Positions 13,801 to 27,300 of a DNA stretch of 64,000 nucleotides are shown piece by piece. A program made the translations under genes and the position numbers. Where the stretch lies: contig NOWV01000244.1 in assembly GCA_003344405.1 (NCBI GenBank), forward strand, positions 1-64,000, read 5' to 3'. This DNA is from Trichoplax sp. H2 (Eukaryota). How positions within the stretch are numbered: position 1 is the stretch's first letter; each line of letters starts with the position of its first letter. Below the pieces are notes generated by a model. It saw only the letters and a list, made by a program, of their open reading frames with translations, did not search any database and was not told where the DNA came from.

Positions 13801-14684
13801 TTCCCCTGTTCCACAACTCACAGTGTCAAGAATATGTTTTGGAATCTGGTGAAATGTATGCTTACTAAATTATGATGATTGCGAATATGAGTAATTCTTA
13901 CTGCCTCAGTAATAAATTCTATAACGCAATTGCCTTGCAAACGTTCATTTCATTACATTATTACTGTGCTAAATGTTTAACCATTTCTTTTATATTCGCC
14001 ATTACATATGGTATTAGGCTTTTTATACCTGCATTTTGCTGGCATCAAGTGACCTCATTGGATACTTCCATCTCTATTAACATGTTCTTTGGAGATCATG
14101 GGGATTGCAATTATTTATCAAAGATTATGGTAATAAGTACAATTCTTTACGAGGATGATTCTGTAGATTCTGCTATAGCTTGCTACGTTACTCGACGCCC
14201 ACATCCATCACTCAAATTAGCCAAACAGTATATAGTTATGTACATAGCCTTGACACCAGCAATACTTTTGTTCCTCATGAATTAAATATTAATTCATTAT
14301 AGAAAGAACCATACTGGGACGCATTTTCATACTGGTTTTTAAATATTATTGAACAAAATCGACCTTTAGAATCATTCCGCCGTATATTAGCAAACCTACC
14401 GCAATCGATTGACAATTTTTTCCTAAAGCAGTATCATGAAATAAACATTACTTCGGAAATACGTGAAAAATTAATCCGACTGGTCCTTGATTACTGTCAA
14501 TTAAAAGAACTTCCACAGGCGGAGGAGTATGACTTCACCTGTTGCATATTAAACGATTGCTTAATTGTATGCCAAAACTTCGCAGCCTTTGTACATAATA
14601 CTGCTCCTGTTCTTTTTTTTGTTTAGGAGAAATGGTAAACATCCACCGGCATTAAAAATTAGAGGTTTACTATGGAGAAAGTAA
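10890..14684 (+). CDS. JmjC (cupin-8 type) 2-oxoglutarate/Fe(II) dioxygenase, KDM8/JMJD7/TYW5/FIH-like group
   Basis: Exons 10890-11111, 12600-12731, 13027-13105, 13633-13855, 14018-14129, 14303-14526 and 14627-14684 join in frame through GT-AG introns. Motifs PVIIQNHVTSWPA, FMWIA..EFCHLDPDDNFLAMIRGRKRVRLY and LESGEMLFIPAFCWHQVTSL give an intact HxD..H triad. Confidence 0.9.
11070..11945 (+). repeat. Tandem array (7 units) built from the JmjC exon-1 3' end and splice donor
   Basis: gtacacattcgaagaaatactgatcaacaagactacaag|gtagtg (true junction at 11111/11112) recurs in diverged form at about 11240, 11410, 11530, 11700, 11815 and 11886. Confidence 0.9.
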
Positions 14685-14794
14685 AATTTTAGCCTGGTAC
14701 AATTGTAAATTGTCGTATTTCGGAAATTATAGTACGTATATCAAAGATAGACGTGCTTATAGCGAAGACTTACAAGAAACGTGGTTTCTGACTT

Positions 14795-15620
14795 CAAAAA
14801 TGTGCATTTTTTAATTGTAGCTCTAGTCAGAGAGTAGAAGCTGTTGTATTAATCTCAAATGTAATATTAAGATACAACGATAATATCAAATTTTTATTAT
14901 TAATTGGAATACTTTAAATAAATCAGTAAGTACGAACATCAATGCATGTATAGTGGCTAATCATACATCACAAAAATGTGTGTTTTTAATTTATTATTGC
15001 TATAGTCAGAAAGCAGTTAAAAGCTCTTGTATGAACCATACAGTAAATATGATACAAAGATACTACGATTATATCAATTTTTATTATACTGTAATTCAGG
15101 ATAATTGAAATAAATAAATCGGTAATTAATAAAATCAAATCCAGGTATAGTAGTTAATCATATACGATCTTCCTATTTTGCAAGATATTATTAGTATACG
15201 CAGTAATAAGGTATGATACGATTTCAATCGACGAGCATCACAGTAAATGATATGCATTATTACTTTAATTTGTGTTCGTTTATAAAGTATAAAGATGTGA
15301 TACTTATTTGCTCACAGTAAATAAATACTCGTATATATAATGTTATATCGTGCTTATGCTACTCTCTCGCTAATATTTGATCCATGAAAGATAAACGTGC
15401 ACTCTTGCACATCATCAGTCTACAAGCAAAACGAAAATAATTGGCAGTCTTTCATTTTTTAATAATTGATTTTGTTCGATTATACGACTGTATATACAGT
15501 AAATGTTTATATGTATCGTATAAGATGATACACTTGTTACAGCATGAACACTTATACCGTGCTTGTGCTATTCTCTCGCTAATGTTTGATTTCATGAAGA
15601 TGATTTACATACAGTCTTTC
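14795..15620. repeat. Two pairs of diverged direct repeats between the convergent JmjC and ZNHIT6 3' ends
   Basis: caaaaatgtg..tagtcaga..aagct..tgtat unit at ~14795 and ~14970; cgtgctt(a/g)tgcta(c/t)tctctcgctaat(a/g)tttgat unit at ~15349 and ~15558. Confidence 0.7.
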
Positions 15621-16377
15621 CATTTTATGCAGCCCTGTTCAAATAACATTTCTTGATTGCAAATGTCATATGATACATATCGTAGACCGTTTCAATCATG
15701 AACTCCTGTAAGAACTCAGTAGAAAATAATTTTATCGTATTATACGAGTAACTTCTGGATTGGTACCTACGATAAACTACAGCTGCAATTTGATCTGCAA
15801 ATGGATTGGATAGTTATACAGTACTTATAGAAGTAAAACAATCTATAGTCAAAAGCAAGTGAAGTGCAACAGGCACAAATCGACCTCAGTGGTAATGATT
15901 TATTATTAAAAATAGACATCGATTTGTTTTCAAAAGAGAAAATGTCATTAGTACTTATAATCGTATGCAATAATTGTAATCTACTCGGTTATTTATACAG
16001 AACAGTTTCATCAAATAAAGCAAAATTTATCATCGAGTCAATTTGGGCTAACAGTTTTGTAAATATTAAAGAAACTGTCAAATGCCATTTCCAGTTAAGC
16101 AATGATTTACATATAACCTTACTGCACTTTCAAAATATTGATTTAATGCCAAATATTTTCAAATATTGTATTAACATAAAACGATACGAATATATGGAAG
16201 AATGTAGTACTTTATAGAGCGTTTTATTAAGAATTCTGCATTTTTGTAAATATTACATGTATCAATCAATATTTAGGACTGCATTGATTTTTGAACTGTT
16301 ATAATGTATTTCTGTAATGATAAATGTAAACTATTTATCTGCAATAAATCCAGTGAAATTAAATTTAGGCGTATCGA

Positions 16378-18938
16378 TCAGATCGCGTTATTGTCAGTTG
16401 TTGAGTCTCCGGTATCCAGTTCCGTTATTAATGGCAATTTTCCGTCAGATGCACCAGGCATAATGATGCTATTTTCTGTATTATTGTCTTGCTCCTCCCT
16501 AAATTTAATGACAGTTTCCTTGGCTTCGATCAAATTACAGTTCTCTCCATTTTGTATAATACAAATCGAATCTTGTAATATATCATTGCAAGACTCCTCA
16601 GCTTCCGATTCACTATCGCTTTGCAATTTTCGCTTTTTGGACTCTCTACCTTTGTCTTCCAAGCTATCAGATTCATCTTCATCGTCTTCTGTCGTGGATG
16701 AATCGGTGTCCGAGCTATCCGATGTACTAGAGTCATTGTCTGAGCTGTCAAAATTCACTAATTTGGGAGTCTTTGAATCCGTATTTTCTCTACAAACACC
16801 ATCATCCTTTGATGTATCATCGTCTGAACTATCGCTTGATTCCGAAGTGCTCTCTGTGCTATCACTTGCTTCTTCATCTTCTAGAAGTGTAAAAATTAGG
16901 TACTAGTAAGATATTCAGGTCTACAATACGATACCAAAGTCGAAATGCATCGTATATTTTGCAGTAATTAACAATGCCAGATCCAAACCTGAACTTTGAT
17001 CGGCGTTTTTCTTGTCTAAAAAATCACATAATGCATTATGCAGGACCACAACCAGAGTAGGAAATTCAACGATAGTTTTTCCAATTAAATTATCTCGTAA
17101 ACTTTTATCTTTGTCTAATATAAAATAGCTGCAATCATTGCAAATGGTGTTATACGAGTATGTTACTGTCTCAGATACAGAGACGGAGATTGCTTTATCA
17201 ATGGAAAGAATTCTACTACATGATCGGTAGAGTAATAAAATGTCCATACCTTGATACATGTGTTTCCTTACAATCATTCTTTAATAAAACGTAAATATCT
17301 TGGTGGCTGACTTTACAGTAGCGTTTGAGTCTTTAAACATCAAAGGCACAATTTGCAAAATAAATAGAAGCAAAAGAGGTGCAAACAATAAATTATTTAA
17401 TACACCTATTGATTGCAATACCTGTGTAAAAGCATGGGATCTCCTTCCGAGGGATGAATGAACCTATTCAATAAGGATGACACCAGAAGGGTATCCTTAA
17501 CCCTAAAAAATGCAAGAGACGTAAGTATATTTTTAGTTGCAAAGAGTGTTCAGATTACTTCATGACTTAAAACACTGTCATTCACTGTGAGGCTTACCTA
17601 TCATCGACAAAATCTACTTGCTCTTGTGGAAAGATCCATTTTATACGCCAAAGAATGCATTTATCCCTATAAAGAATAGCAGACATATTGCTTTAATGGT
17701 AAGTTCGCTCTATCTATGTAATGTAGTCAACGTACTATTTGCAGTTATATTATCTATACTTTGCAAAAGTAAATATATTTGGGTAGTGCTACCTAATGTG
17801 CCAATATGTTGTATTTTCCGATCGCTTCGTAAATTTTTCCGGCATAATCTTTACATTTATACCTAAATTGCGTGATTCATTCCTAAAGATATTAAGCTGC
17901 ATCCAAGACAATCAAATTAGCTAGGGAATACGATGCAATTTTGTACAATTACAAGTAGCACATTTTATGTATGCGAGACAGCAGTAATACGTTACGGAGA
18001 TTGTAATTGCTTAGGTCGTAAGCGATTTTTATTAGCGACAGTGATTCAATATCCTAATACTTTCATCCTATTTCTAGCAATGTATGTAATGAACATACAC
18101 GTAATTTATACGACCACAGGAGTAATAGAATATTAACTAAACATTTAAACAACCTCCTCCTAGGTAAAAATACCAACTCATATAGGATGCATTAGCATAT
18201 CTAATTTAAATTGAATTTTACTATTGTTAAAATCAATAAAATAGTCTACTGTAATTGATAATTGTTCATACCATCTTGCGTCTACTTCTTTTGGGGCCTT
18301 GAATAATTGAATCTCTTTTGCTGTTATCTGCTACTCTAGCAACGTCTTCCAGAAAATGATAATCTTTATAAAAACAAAACAGCGCTTTCAGAATCGCTAC
18401 TGATATAATAATTTACAGACCTTACAAATGGCACATCGGCAGGCAACAAGTACTTATTAAAATTGTACAGTACAAGTATCATATAATATAATCTAATGCC
18501 ATGGTATTAATCGCAAAACATCAAGATGTAGTAGTTACCGTTCAATAAATGTCGATCCGCAAATTCACCTAGAGGTACGTAAGCCACTCTATTTCGTTGT
18601 CCGCTGCAGGAATGATTAGTCTTGTGCTGTTTAACGCAGCTTACACTAATAAAAGTGCAAGAAATGGTGCTGTTATTAAACTGAAACACATACTAATTTC
18701 TCATCGAAGAGGTCATATACAATACCTAGTACTTCAATTTTAGACAGGACTTACCAGCAAGATTTTCTTAAGCATGATGGGCATGTATATTTCGCTTCGT
18801 TCTTCTTGCAGGTGGAGCACTGATTTCTAAAAATATAAATAAGATTTATTTAGGTAACCCTGCAACTTACATTTCTTGTTCTTCACGTATTCTCATATTA
18901 TTAACAGAATATATATTTTGGTACTTTATTCTGTCCAT
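16378..18938 (-). CDS. ZNHIT6: Box C/D snoRNA protein 1 (zinc finger HIT domain protein 6); start codon uncertain
   Basis: Spliced zf-HIT CSTCKKNEAKYTCPSCLRKSCCVSCVKQHKTNHSCSGQRNRVAYVPL..LLNDYHFLE, then BCD1 blocks GINVKIMPEKFTKRSENTT, ILWRIKWIFP and SLRDNLIGKTIVEFPTLVVV. The last exon (from ~16880) is Ser/Asp/Glu-rich and stops at 16378. Confidence 0.9.
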
Positions 18939-20739
18939 CTTAAAATAAGTAAGAGTTAATTTAAAGATTAATTTAACACATAAGCTCTACTTTAAATCAA
19001 TCTTAGCCTCCATGCAAACCAATCCATTTCTTCTGCTAATGAATACCCTAAGTAAGCTATCATCTAATCATTTTGTTGACTATATCTATATACTAGCTGT
19101 AACAGAATTTTGGCCTATAAGTACTATCGTACGCATATTGTGACACTGATGATTGATTGTTTCATCAGCGCAATGGCAAACGACTAATAAATTTATTTTT
19201 CACTTTCATTGAATTTTCAACTATTGCAGTATTAGAGGATTTCAATCAGCTAATAGATGAATTTGGCAATTTCTTCCAGTGAATTAATATCATCCATCTT
19301 CATCCATTTTGGGGTGGACGTCACTACTAACGAATAGATACTAGTACTCTTTCATACATATTGCAGTAGCGAGAACCTGTTTCGTGTTAAACAATCATAC
19401 GAGTACAAGACGTACTGTAGAGTATTAATCATCAATCTTTCGATCGTCATTATTGAATGGATTAATATCATCAACTAACAAGTACACTTTGCAAAAGTAT
19501 TCCAGTACAGTAGCATCTATTCAGGCATCATTGCTACGGTGAGTTATCGCTTGGCGCTAAGACCATCGTACAATATGCATTATCGATTTTTTGATCATCA
19601 ATACCAACAAGGACTGCATTAAAGCACTACCATACCAACCATAACAACTCAACTAAAATACAGTAGCTCAATATCTTGAATAATTTCGTATGCAAATTGC
19701 AAAGAATTCACAATATACATTCATGCATGGTAGTGAAGTCTTGCTCCATATTTCAGTCAAGGTACAACAACACACGTTGGCAAATTTTCCATCATCATTA
19801 CAGTAAAGCAAGGAACCAAAACTTAACTACCTTATAAAATTGGACTAATATCGTAATGTACAAATCTGCAATTTGCAAAGAAATGATATCCAAAACGATT
19901 GACCAACCTGAAGAGTTTACCTTCAAGTACAGTCATCCATTTCACTACAAGTATCAATCATACGGTAGTAATATAATTCTTAGTCTCTATTCTACAGTGT
20001 ATATCCACTCTACAGTATAATTATATCAGTTAAAGCTCGTTCCATCCATTTCGATTTACCTCAGGTCAGTTTGGCTGAGCAACTTTGCAATTGCACCATT
20101 CGATTTATTCATATCAGCAGTCTCCATGGTGAATTCTTCTTATTAAGCGTAAGCATGGAAATTGGAGATGCTGCCCAACAGTCACTTGCCAATTTCCTGG
20201 TCTTAGTATCGGCAATGCTAAGTTAAAGCTGGATTGCAATTATCCGTTGGAGAACTCCAAGTAAAGAAGCTAAATAAGACAGCGATCATTGATTTCCTCC
20301 AGCTGCAGCCATTCTGCAGAGATCCGAGGTAAGATTGAGATGTTGATCAATTTATTATAGTATAGGACAGCCAGTTTTTACAGGTACAGACTGGGTGTAA
20401 ACGAATGGTTTGCGATAGTATACTCTCTTTTAACTGCGCTAAGCCGAACACGTGGATTGTATAGTTTAGACTATACACTGTATAAAACAAGAGATTTCAG
20501 TATAGGGAATATACTACCTGCTGCTAGGCGAATTATCGACAGTAATGTCTGTCTGTAATTGAAAAAAAGCCAATGTCGGTACGCCCGTATGTCCGTACAT
20601 CTAGATGTCTTTAGTGCCTTAGCAAAGGGCTTCGTCCTCGAGCTCATCGCAGAATAAGCTAGAAGCATAGTCTCGCTCCAGTTATCTGAGAGTTAGAACC
20701 ATTTGTACGCTATGATTCTAACATGGACAAGCTACTGAT

Positions 20740-21510
20740 TTTATAGTTTAGTGCACAGAGCTATAGAGAAAAGAAATACTTGCTCAAATACCCAGGAATC
20801 GAATATAATTTAGCTCGCAAACGTCGTTGCAACTATAGTATCAAACAATTATAAAATTATACGACTAGGTCAGCCAAGCTATGGTAAAAGTCCATTTTGT
20901 TCGTATTATAAATACCAGTTAGAATATCACAAATTTAACTAGATAATTTGCGGTTGCCCACAATATTAAAAGGAATATAGCTTTCTACTGTATGCAGCAA
21001 AGCAACATTGCATAATGACTATCCGAGTATATACGCATACTCTCTCGTGTACTTGTAACTTAGCTTAAAAGAAAAGAAAGGAGCAGTGTCCTTAAAAACT
21101 TGATGATAGAATAATTCATCAACTAGTACTAGTACTAGTACTAGTACATTCAAGATACTGATCTACCTCGATAGCAGATTGGTAACATCGGCTAACCTGA
21201 TAAACTACGAGTATTATAGTTTTAGTACAAAAAGGCTCTATGACAGAGCTATAAAATACAGAATAGAGAGAGAAAAATTCCTAAATTATGCCCTATGGTT
21301 GAGCATAATTAATTTACAACGCAAATATCAGTACAATTAATCACCAAGGGGCTCTTAAGAAGTCCCTGAATCAGCCAAGCCGAAAGTCTATTTTGAATGT
21401 ATTTATTAAAACGATTCATCGCCAGCTATAATACCATGCATTTGTACAGATAATTTACGGTGGGTTGCAATGCTAAAACAATTAAACCTTTCTACTACAG
21501 GTAGTAATGG
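20740..21510. repeat. Old diverged ~270-bp direct repeat pair
   Basis: Collinear blocks ttatagttt..acagagctata, tcagccaagc..aaagtc(c/t)attttg, agataattt(g/a)cggt and ctttctact occur at ~20740-21000 and ~21213-21510. Confidence 0.6.
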
Positions 21511-21890
21511 TGATACTGAGTCATGTTTACCACTAGATTAAATTACATCATTCCAGACACGGATAAGATATAGAATAGGTAAAAGACAGTTTTAACATTG
21601 CTACATGAAATTTATGGAGATGAATCATAAAGTTAATGATATAAAATTGGTCGACTTTTATCAATTTACATATGGAGGGCTTATGAAATGAATCAAACAA
21701 GAAAATGATAATTGGTAATAAAACATCCACTCCAAACATAAGGTTAAACATTTCCTGCATTAGCAAATTTGTACAGAAAAGTAATGCCAGACAATATCTA
21801 CTGTACGTAGTATTTATACACCATGTCGTTTGAGATGGGCAATCTTAGTATGTAGAGAACTAGAACAGAATCATGGAAATAGTTGCAGTC

Positions 21891-23582
21891 TCATTTTTCT
21901 GAAACAATCAATTCATTGCAACTCCAGTCTTCATAGCTCCCATCCGGTAAGAAACGACGTACAATCATTGGGATTTTATTAGCTCTATTGATGAAAATTT
22001 TAAATATGGGAAGAGTTAAATGAAAACTCTAACAAGACAATCTGAATAAGCTGGATAGTGAAATTGCTTCCTATAGATACTCACTTTAACTCTTTTAATG
22101 CAATTTGTAACGGATCTGTTTCCCCTTCTAATTCAACCATAACAGGAGCGTTCATACTATAATGAATTGATATCATAACAAGTCCGTAAACATTTTACGA
22201 GAGGACTATCGTCAATTTCAAAAGTCATTTTCAATTAAATCAACCTGATTTGTAGAGCTCTCGTTCCCAAGATTCTTGCTCTTTCATATTTCGTCATGTA
22301 AGGTTGTGTTGTCCTTTTACTTGGATCCTGCCGTTGATCTATTTCCAGTATAAGTAATAGAAATCAAGCTTTGCTATCTTGCATACCTTGATACATTTGT
22401 TTAAATCATGAATTATCAACGCTAACCTCTATTGACTAAGTAAAAAGTATTTGATCGCCATGGCGTACAAATACTATTTAACATACTTAAAGTATGCAAC
22501 TCTATGATTTTTTACGATGGGCTAATCATAACAAGCTAAGTTTCCAGGATATAGTTTCATATTCGATTCGATATTCGTATATTATGATGAATTTATTTAA
22601 CTATCATCAACACTACTCTATCGATTGAATGGAAAGTACTTGATCTATATAGCATATTTATGGTGTCAACTATTGCATGCTTAAAAGTATTTAACTGCAT
22701 GATTATTTATGATTTGCTAATCGTGATAAACAGAAGTTCTAGAATACATCATTAATATTTCATTCATACACACTATGATGAAATCATTTAAACTATCATC
22801 AACACTATATTCCTACATATCATAATGCACGAATTTAATCTATCATTAGCGTTATCCTCTAATTAAATAAATAAAGTACTTGATCGATCTTGCGTATAAC
22901 TACCACTTGCCTCCCTAAGCTGGCAACTGCGAAGAGTATTTGTGACGCATTACTCGTAAAGTACTTATGTGCTGTATTTCCACTACGAACTTAAACGATT
23001 ATCATCATCATGGTATCGATTAAATATCCAAAGCAATAATCCTTAGTTCAGACGTATTATGATGATATACCGTAGACTAAATTCAATATCGATTATGAGA
23101 GTTATGTAAGGAAAATTAGATTAAAACAGTAACCCAGTTTAACTTGCTATGCAAAACAGAACAAGCTTTGCCAATCTCTCATCTTGTCATATCTAACCTG
23201 CTTGGGCAGCCTGCACGGCCGCAAATTCATCACCATCTAAAGCATTTTGCTATAAGATAAAAGATAAATGATGGCATCATTCCATTCGGTTCAAACTAGT
23301 ACCTCAAGGTGATAACATAATCACATAACAGGGATATAAAAAGATTTGAAAGATGATTTTATCAATCATGATCAAACCATCCATGGATTTCGATTGTAAG
23401 ACACTTACATCTTGATAATTATCGATAGGTTCTTCATCAAGATCATCAACATCGTCATCAAATCTACAAAAGGCAGATACTATTAGTTCTACCGTCCAAT
23501 ATATCCATCAAAGCTCAATTCTACTACAAAATCAATTCATTCTATCGCCAATTTACCCGTCGTAATCGCCATCATCCGCCAT
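21891..23582 (-). CDS. POLR2F: RNA polymerase I/II/III shared subunit RPABC2 (RPB6), 6 exons
   Basis: [16 protein letters not shown]..|..[79 protein letters not shown]. All introns GT-AG. Confidence 0.97.
22405..22910. repeat. Three diverged ~190-240-bp units in RPB6 intron 3
   Basis: tatca..aacgct/cact..ctcta..aaagta(t/c)ttgatc recurs at about 22410, 22600 and 22840. Confidence 0.65.
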
Positions 23583-23780
23583 GCTGAATTTGGATTTTGA
23601 AAAGGAACAAGTGGCTTATGCGCATGACGACTTACATTGTCTTTCAGTCTGACTTTCCGTACATTCTTCACCTACTGTATGTCGTGCTATTGGAGTTCCT
23701 ATAGTAAAACTATATTCTAAAGTCATGTTCGATACAGTATACTATAAGCATCACTGAAATTCAAACAAAGCGTGACAAAG

Positions 23781-23788
23781 TGACGTCA
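23781..23788. promoter_or_regulatory. Perfect CRE palindrome TGACGTCA in the divergent RPB6/NACHT intergenic region
   Basis: Exact TGACGTCA about 200 bp upstream of the RPB6 ATG, with an ATTGG (reverse CCAAT) about 30 bp away. Function is inferred only. Confidence 0.35.
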
Positions 23789-24399
23789 ACTGTCCTACAG
23801 TACTAATCTGCGATTGGATGACATTACTTTTATTTTAATAGTACAGTACATCATGCATACTATATTGAATAACATTGGTGTATTTCTATGCAACAATGGA
23901 TCATAATTTGGGTACAAGTCTATTTTACTATCAACTTTAGCAACATATATAATGTCACCCATGTTACAGTATCAAGCATACCGGGTGACATTAGTTTTGA
24001 TCTGCTGTCTTGATATAGCTATACAATACACTAAGATATTAGCTGCCATAACTATAGTACATTGTCTCAATCCTACAGTAAAAGTACTCTAGTACTAGTC
24101 GCGATGTTGCTAGGCAACTCTACTTGCATACTTTCCATATGGAGGGATAGCTCAGAGCTGGCATCTGCATTCACATTAGTCATCAGCTCTAAAATTAATT
24201 AGCATGCAATTGTAATAGTCAGCTATTAAATGCTACCTTTCAAGCAGTCATAAAGACATTAAATATTGATTGCCTTTTCATATCAAATTGTATTTCAATG
24301 TTTAATTAATATGATTATCAAGGATATAAATAAGGAGTAGAAATGCGCGTAAAATCGGAAAGATTGTTCGCTATTTCAGTTGATTTCGATCCATAAGCG

Positions 24400-27300
24400 A
24401 TGGGAATTAGCCTTGGTTGTCAAAGTTCCAATCAACCTGTTCAACGTGATACTTTTAATATACCAGTCATTCGGATCGATCGACCTTCGAAAGAGGCACA
24501 AGCCGAAACAGAATCGGTGAAGAGTAGCATCGATGATAGTATCAATGACCTTTCAAATGGGAATAAGCAAAGTCAATATGCTAGAACAAAGTCATCATTG
24601 GATGACAACAAGGATGAAACGGTAATGCAAAACGACGATGAGAATGGCAACATTGTAGCAAATAGTCGCCAATTAACGAATACTACCTCTAACGAAGAGG
24701 ACATTACTCCAATGGAGAATTGTTATAACGATAAGCTAAATTTTTCGAATGATACCAATGATGTCGACAAATCGATAATGGATAACGCTGTCAAAGCAGT
24801 ACAAGATGGTAGTAATGAATGTAACGTTACTAAGGACAAACATCAGAACGGATCCATGATAAATAAGACTATGAATTTGAAAGAAAATCATTCAAATCTT
24901 GATGAGATTAGTAATAGCAGTAGTAATGTTTTGCATCAAGCAGAGGATCCTGTTGAAAAACCTCTAGATGAAGTACAAAATAAAATTATCAGTGATACTG
25001 CCTCAAGTAAAGTCGACTTTAACCGCCATAATCTTCAGACAGGAAGCACTGCTAGCAATGGTGTCGGAGATACTTTACTTGCGGCTACTGCTAATCAAGA
25101 AATTGTAAGTAAACATGACCAAGGAAATCATAATAGTGATAGAAGCGATAGCAATCATGTTCAAGATAACATTATCCATTCTTCATCTTCTGCCGTGGAT
25201 GAAATGATAATCAATAGCCAATGTAAAGAGATCGGAAGCGAAAACAGACCTATAGATAAATTACAAAATAATATCAACAATTTAACTAGTGAAGAAGAAA
25301 ATCGTCTCAATATTAACCAAACCATGACGTCGTCGCTAGTAGTAGATGCTACGCCTAAAAATAGTAAAGAAATAGACTTTTCTACCCAATCCGATCCTCA
25401 AAATTTGCAAGATGTTGTAGATCGTTGTTGGAAGGAAATCAATCAAAGTCGAAATTCTTCAGATAACCCTCAAAATTCGAATATCAAGAATAGAACAGGA
25501 TGGCAGTGCATTCGAATATTTGTCTCATCGACGTTTTCAGATTATCATTCGGAACGTGAAGTGCTTGTTAAAAAGGTAAATATATAAGAGTAACTATTCA
25601 TACATCATTGATTGTCTTTGATATTTGTACACTCGTAGAGCTTTACAATTTGAAACAATGCTTCAAATTCAGATTAATATATCATTGATTACCTCCAGCA
25701 ATCTACATTTTTAAAGCGTTACAATTTGAAGCAATGTTTCAATTTCATTTTAATATATCATTGATTGCCTCCGGTAATTTACATTCTTAGAGTGCTACAA
25801 TTTGAAGAAACGCTTTCAATTTCCATGAATTTTAAATTGCTTTATTGTACTAAAGTTTTGCGGTCAGAGTTTTTATATATATCAAGTCCTTGAGACACAA
25901 TTGAGATGTCGTAGTGTCTGTAAATGATGGCACCAATTTTTTGATTTGTCTGCGTGCTACAAGGATTAAAATTTCAAATGAACTAAATGACTTGTCTTAT
26001 AACACACAGGTCTTCCCAGAACTTCGTGAGTGGTGTGAAGAAAAGTGTCTCTATTTGATTGATTGCGATCTTCGTTGGGGGGTACCGAAAGATTCAACTA
26101 CGGAGGAAGTTTTACTGACCTGCTTAGAGGAAATTGACCGATGTCATGAAGAAACTGATGGGCATCCATTTTTTATTAATATGTTAGGAGACAGGTAAGA
26201 GTTTTAGCAACGTATAGCTTGATAGTCATCAATTTTTTGCTTTTACTAAAGCATTACGAGATTTTTTCAAACTGATTTCAACAGTCTAGAATAACAAACT
26301 AACGCATGAACGATTCTCTGTTTTGTTTCATAAGGCTTTTTATTTCTTAATTACTGCTAAGTAACAGATAATAAACTAGTGTTTATGCTGACTTATTAAA
26401 TAAATAGAATATTATAACTTCCTCATTATAAACACAGACTCATTATTGGCTCATCATTGCTCTAGTTATATGCTGACATTACTTAATTTTAAAAACTTTT
26501 AAATTGGAACTGGCAACCTATCATTTGCTTTAAATAATAAATTTGGGTCATTATCCAATTAATTTTATGCTATTTAGGTATGGATGGACGCCGTCATCAG
26601 ATCAAGTTGCCGATAGTATTGCACAAAAGTATAATTGGATCTTTCCTTTATCTATAACTCATATGGAAATTTTACATGGGGCCTATCGAAATTGTAATCC
26701 GAATGCGGCTTTCTTTATTCGAGATTCAAGTATTCTTAAAGACATACCAAAAGAATATCATTATCAATTTAGTGATAATAGCTTATTGTCCAAGCTACAG
26801 TTACAGGTTTTGTTTCTTTTCTACAAAAGAGTTACAAAAATATTAGATACTACGCTATTTTCATCTTATATGTAATAATTACATCTCGATATACAAAATA
26901 CAGACATTAAAAGAACACCTGCAACAAACGATGTCTAGTCAAGTATTTCATTATTCGTGCCAATATGACGGGATAATATCGCCACTTGGTGAACAAGAAA
27001 AGGTACTTAAGTTGATCTCTATAGCTAAGCTTTTTTTCTTCGCTTAGTAAAATATTTTACGCTGGTTATTTCGAAAACTTCCAGATTAGCCTTATTGGGT
27101 TAGACGATTTTGCTGAGAAAGTACTAAAATTTTTCAAGACTGCTATCGAACGGCAATATCCTACTATCAAGACGGAAATATCTCCCTACGAAATAGGTTA
27201 GTAAAGTGTTATTTCAAAATTTATAATTCTATTTAATATCAAGCCCTTTCGTTATTCTTGACTGCAATAACTTGAATGAAGATTACGTGCAGCTATTTGT

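Noticed and set aside
15441..16217. Several 67-117-aa ORFs between JmjC and ZNHIT6
   Set aside because: AT-rich composition, mostly non-ATG starts and no motifs; likely 3' UTR or intergenic sequence.
16304..16906. 200-aa Ser/Leu-rich ORF on the + strand
   Set aside because: Antisense shadow of the low-complexity acidic last exon of ZNHIT6.
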